Positions 20,827 to 23,576 of a stretch of DNA of 23,576 bases are shown here, in pieces. Source of the stretch: Paraspadella gotoi. Its lineage: Eukaryota; Animalia; Chaetognatha. The stretch lies in the NCBI GenBank assembly GCA_051294375.1, contig JBJCIZ010000008.1, positions 1-23,576 on the forward strand. The letters run 5' to 3'. The position numbers were made by a program, and so were the translations under genes. The notes beneath the pieces were generated by a model. That model ran no database searches and had not been told where the DNA came from. It saw nothing but the letters and a program-made list of their open reading frames with translations. Numbering within the stretch: position 1 is the first letter of the stretch; every line of letters begins with the position of its first letter.

Positions 20827-20992
20827 CTTTTTGGCGGGCGGCGCTTGTTTTGGAGAAAGCGCAGCGGCGACGGGAGCCTTTCCGGATTTCAATTCCAACT
20901 GTTCGATTCTGGAGGAGAGCTTTGTGACCATGTTTTGGAGTTCGTTGGTCACTTGTCTCAGCTCCGCATTTTCCAGTTCCAGTTTATGCAAC
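20827..20992 (-). CDS. EEF1D: Elongation factor 1-delta, coding exon 4 (leucine zipper)
   Basis: RLHKLELENAELRQVTNELQNMVTKLSSRIEQLE is the delta-specific zipper; GACAG acceptor, AAG|GTAATT donor. Confidence 0.92.
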
Positions 20993-21073
20993 CTGTCATA
21001 TAATTTTTTTTTTAAATTTAAAAAACTAAAAAAAACCTGTGGACCCAAGGCTTAAAAAAAAACATCTGCTTAC

Positions 21074-21157
21074 CGGCTGGAAACATCACAGGCGGACGGA
21101 GTGACGGCGTGGCCTACATGACCAGACACCAAAGCCAACTTTTGGTTAATCTGATTC
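21074..21157 (-). CDS. EEF1D: Elongation factor 1-delta, coding exon 3
   Basis: 84 nt, phase 2 to 2, CACAG acceptor, CG|GTAAGC donor. Confidence 0.85.
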
Positions 21158-21238
21158 CTGTGGGATCGAACAACAATCGTTCAGGCTTTAGACAAAGCTT
21201 CCCCTGTTAGGCGGCGAATCAAAATTGCTTCCGCTCAC

Positions 21239-21357
21239 CTCGCTTGACTTATTTGCTCTACGAGATGAGAACCGGAGTTCAGTCTCGCGTCACCATCACC
21301 CGTCAGCTTCCGCGCCAATTTTATGTAGTACTCGCGTTCCGCATCCATGAACTTGTA
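21239..21357 (-). CDS. EEF1D: Elongation factor 1-delta, coding exon 2
   Basis: YKFMDAEREYY...LVEQISQAR resembles the EF1D N-terminal motifs; TTTCAG acceptor, AG|GTGAGC donor. Confidence 0.88.
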
Positions 21358-21434
21358 CTGAAATTATGATAAATAAATATCATTATAACTTGGACTAAAA
21401 GAATAAGCTCTTATCATTTTTTTTTAAAACATAC

Positions 21435-21476
21435 CTGATCGAGCCACACATTTTCGTTTTTAAGATGAATTGCCAT
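21435..21476 (-). CDS. EEF1D: Elongation factor 1-delta, first coding exon (MAIHLKNENVWLDQ)
   Basis: GCCATGG Kozak context, E.(V/I)W.D motif, CAG|GTATGT donor. The six exons total 813 nt (270 aa plus stop). Confidence 0.88.
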
Positions 21477-21831
21477 GGCTAATTTTATAATTTTTCTATT
21501 TTAGGCCTAAAACAGACTGTATAGGTTAAACAGATCTGTTCGTCTGGAAAAAATAAAGATGAATTTATATTGTATAAAGAAATTGCTATAAAAAATATTT
21601 CATAATCAATATCTAATGGCAAAATATTCGGTACAAAGTAATAAAAAATTATATTAAAATCGAATGGCTGGAAGGGCAACAAAATAAACTATCCCGCGAA
21701 ATTGTAAATTCGTTCCAAGGTAGTCCCTGCAATTCTAACTATCCTTTTAAATTAAATATTGCATTAAGTACGAGAAGGCTGTTAGAGGTGATTTTAATAA
21801 GGCAAGTTCTACAAGCATCTCCCACTAGGCA

Positions 21832-22445
21832 CTAGTCGGTCGCCTCATTGACGGCCTCCAAAGCGGAGACCTCTCCCAAACGGGAGGACCTAACGATCTG
21901 CTGAGCGCACCTATTGTAGAGAACGTCCTTTATCTCTACCTCGGCGTTAGGGTGCGCCACGATGGCCGCAACCTCGGGGTAGCGAATCTCGCAGTCACGC
22001 ATCTCTAGGGCTGCTCCTTCGCGGACGGAGATGGCGACGCAGCGCGCGGAAAGGACAACCCCACGCAATATCAGCTTCCCTCGTTTCACGACGACAGTCT
22101 CCGATGCAGCCCCGGCCCAGTCCGTTTCCGGACCTCTGGGTGACGAGGAAGAATCGTTCTGGCGCGGGACGTGACTTAAGTGAAGGTCGGATAGGGTCAC
22201 CGGTCCAGCAACTGGATCTACATCGACGAAGACGTGAGAATTGGCGGGGATTTGGACCTCGATGGCCGTCTCCAGGTGATCAAGAGGAAAGGCCGTACTC
22301 GACTTTGTCCCCCATTTTTCGTCCGATTTCGGGTGATTCGAGTTTTCGTCTTCGTCGACGAGAGGTTCCAAGACGAGATCCGAAGACCCGGAGACTTGGA
22401 CGGGCCGCTTGCTGAGGAAGGGAGATGGCGGTGGCGGAGACTGAC
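21832..22445 (-). CDS. SHCBP1: SHC SH2-binding protein 1 / nessun dorma, terminal exon (pectin-lyase-like beta-helix)
   Basis: HVFVDVD...VVVKRGKLILRGVVLSARCVAISVREGAALEMRDCEI...YNRC resembles the SHCBP1 PbH1 region. Acceptor at 22445 or 22460, or the in-frame intron is retained. Confidence 0.85.
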
Positions 22446-22505
22446 CTGGATTTTTGAGACCTCGTTGAAAATTGGATCGAAAATTGAATCTCTCAACACA
22501 CGAAC

Positions 22506-22583
22506 CTTTAATAACGGTTCCATTGGCGGTGCTTCTTAGTGAGATTCCACTGTATATTCCTTCGTGTATATGAATAACATCGC
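22506..22583 (-). CDS. SHCBP1: SHCBP1 exon (GDVIHIHEGIYSGISLRSTANGTVIKG)
   Basis: Resembles recalled vertebrate GDTVIVCPGHY; TAAAAG acceptor, G|GTTCGT donor. Confidence 0.8.
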
Positions 22584-22648
22584 CTTTTAAAAGATTTCGA
22601 AACCGAATGAGCAACATGAAAAAAACAAACAAAAAACAAGACCCTCAC

Positions 22649-22815
22649 CCAAGCAGAAATTTTCCATGGCGGAGGTGAGCGTCGGGTGATGCTCCAAAAT
22701 CGCATCTGGGTCCAGTGCTTGGACCATTCGAGCGCGAAACAGTTTGGCCACCACGTGCGTCACCGATTGAGTTTCGTCCCCGCGCATGCGCAGAGCCAAC
22801 TGACGCTTCATTTTG
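22649..22815 (-). CDS. SHCBP1: SHCBP1 exon (…VTHVVAK…HHPTLTSAMENFCL)
   Basis: THVV motif; GGTCAG acceptor, G|GTGAGG donor; phases consistent. Confidence 0.85.
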
Positions 22816-22901
22816 CTGACCAACAGAAAAATTCGAGATGAGTCTCTCTCATCGCGGTTAGCGAGAAATACGGATAAAACAGAGATGACTTTAAAAATTA
22901 C

Positions 22902-23119
22902 CTGAAATTGGCATCGTGCTGCAGAAACCGCAGTAGGGGATTCTCGAGGGCTTGGATGGCCGTCTCCAACGTCATCTCTCTCTCATAGAGAGCGGCGCAT
23001 TGAGCAACGTCGGCCTCGTCCAACTCGTTCTCCGAATCGGAGACGTCCATAGAATCATGGAGCGACTTGAGTTGAGTTCGGACTTCTTGGTACTGCGAAA
23101 CCGTCTTTTCGTACTTTTC
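22902..23119 (-). CDS. SHCBP1: SHCBP1 exon (EKYEKTVSQY…LENPLLRF); upstream exons apparently lie outside the window
   Basis: ENPLLR motif of the SHCBP1/Nesd family; GGTAG acceptor, AG|GTAATT donor. Confidence 0.87.
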
Positions 23120-23420
23120 CTACCAAAATATAATATGTAATTTAAAAATAATATTAATGCGGAGCCATCCCTCGGATTATACAGTAGCATCCGTCTAGAA
23201 TGTCTGAGATGGCAAGCTCTGTAACTCGAGTACAAATGATAATTTTAAAGAGCTTTTGTCTTGATATTGAGTACACATATTGCTACTAAGGCGTAGTAAA
23301 ATTTCTAAATTTAACTTTAATTAAAATTCTAAAAGTGAGGAACGAACAACATTATACTAATGAACATTTATGTAATAAAAAAAAAATAAATGTTATAATT
23401 TACGCATTAGGCCATATTTA

Positions 23421-23576
23421 CAGAAGGCTTCATATTATAAAATGTGGTACCCTTTTTTTGTGACCAGAACACGTTCCGAGAAAACTACTGAATAGAATTT
23501 AATCAAATTTTGCATGTGGAGTACCAGTAGTGATACAAATGAAATTTTTTTATTATTTTTGTTTTAAACAGTTGCA
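23421..23576. mobile_element. Tc1/mariner-type MITE, second copy (left end only)
   Basis: TA followed by a left TIR identical to that at 16357; lacks the 111-bp insert. Confidence 0.85.

Overview
AT-rich eukaryotic (invertebrate-like) genomic DNA from a gappy, error-prone assembly; not prokaryotic, and no CRISPR or rRNA is visible. Three spliced minus-strand genes lie head-to-tail: the 3' part of SHCBP1/nessun dorma (21832-23119), a complete six-exon eEF1-delta gene (14759-21476, 270 aa), and an uncharacterised gene with a Pro/Ser-rich N-terminus and beta-rich C-terminus (about 5176-14062). A poorly resolved plus-strand membrane-protein gene ends convergently at about 4645. Most introns are 60-90 nt, but one intron in each of the two downstream genes has grown to 5-8 kb through stacked transposons. 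These include two copies of a TIR element with 7-bp TSDs carrying an expanding palindromic satellite, a Helentron/HINE-like element, a Tc1/mariner-type MITE holding a 111-bp TG..CA insert with Pol III A/B boxes, a Helitron-like tandem family and a Penelope-like fragment. A highly structured tRNA-Arg-derived SINE-like unit sits in a probably artefactual duplication near 2.1-3.6 kb. All gene models and family calls were made by eye, without database searches.
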